Origin: Macrostomum lignano
Lineage: Eukaryota
NCBI GenBank assembly: GCA_002269645.1
Contig: NIVC01001159.1
Location: 104,197 to 166,710, forward strand
DNA length: 62,514 nt
Direction: 5' to 3'
Shown here one piece after another: positions 62,411-62,514 of this stretch (its first letter is position 1; each line of letters starts with the position of its first letter). Made by a program: the position numbers and the translations under genes. The notes beneath the pieces were generated by a model that did not search any database, was not told the origin of the DNA, and was given only the letters and a program-made list of their open reading frames with translations.

Positions 62411-62514
62411 CAAAAGTTATTGATTTTCACAACGGGCCACAAGGTGGGGGTGAGGGGGACAAAGCATTGGTATGTCCCCCCAGATCTTTACTGGAGGGGA
62501 CCTGTCCCCCTGTC

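Overview
This is eukaryotic (metazoan) genomic DNA with GC-rich exons, GT-AG introns and many intronic mini- and microsatellites. The style resembles a free-living flatworm such as Macrostomum, but that is an inference I cannot verify. Splicing the exons by hand gives eight phase-consistent genes: an ankyrin-repeat/caspase fusion (minus, 504-5420), UTP6 (minus), a secreted WSC+PAN protein (plus), inositol polyphosphate 1-phosphatase (minus), two tandem secreted PAN+LamG-like paralogues (minus), a SAXO/FAM154 microtubule protein (minus) and a GABA-A-like Cys-loop anion channel subunit (minus). A complete but decayed 10.3 kb Ty3/Gypsy LTR retrotransposon spans 13353-23653, with 1077 bp LTRs, a TTAT TSD and an extra 3' ORF. 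There are also two LINE remnants, MITE/foldback elements and a 30 bp TIR-only hAT-like element with an 8 bp TSD. The most notable signals are the caspase whose prodomain is about 10 ankyrin repeats rather than CARD/DED, LTR divergence almost entirely at CpG sites, the unknown retroelement ORF, and telomere-like arrays flanking UTP6 exon 2 in opposite orientation. No CRISPR arrays, rRNA or tRNA genes were recognised.
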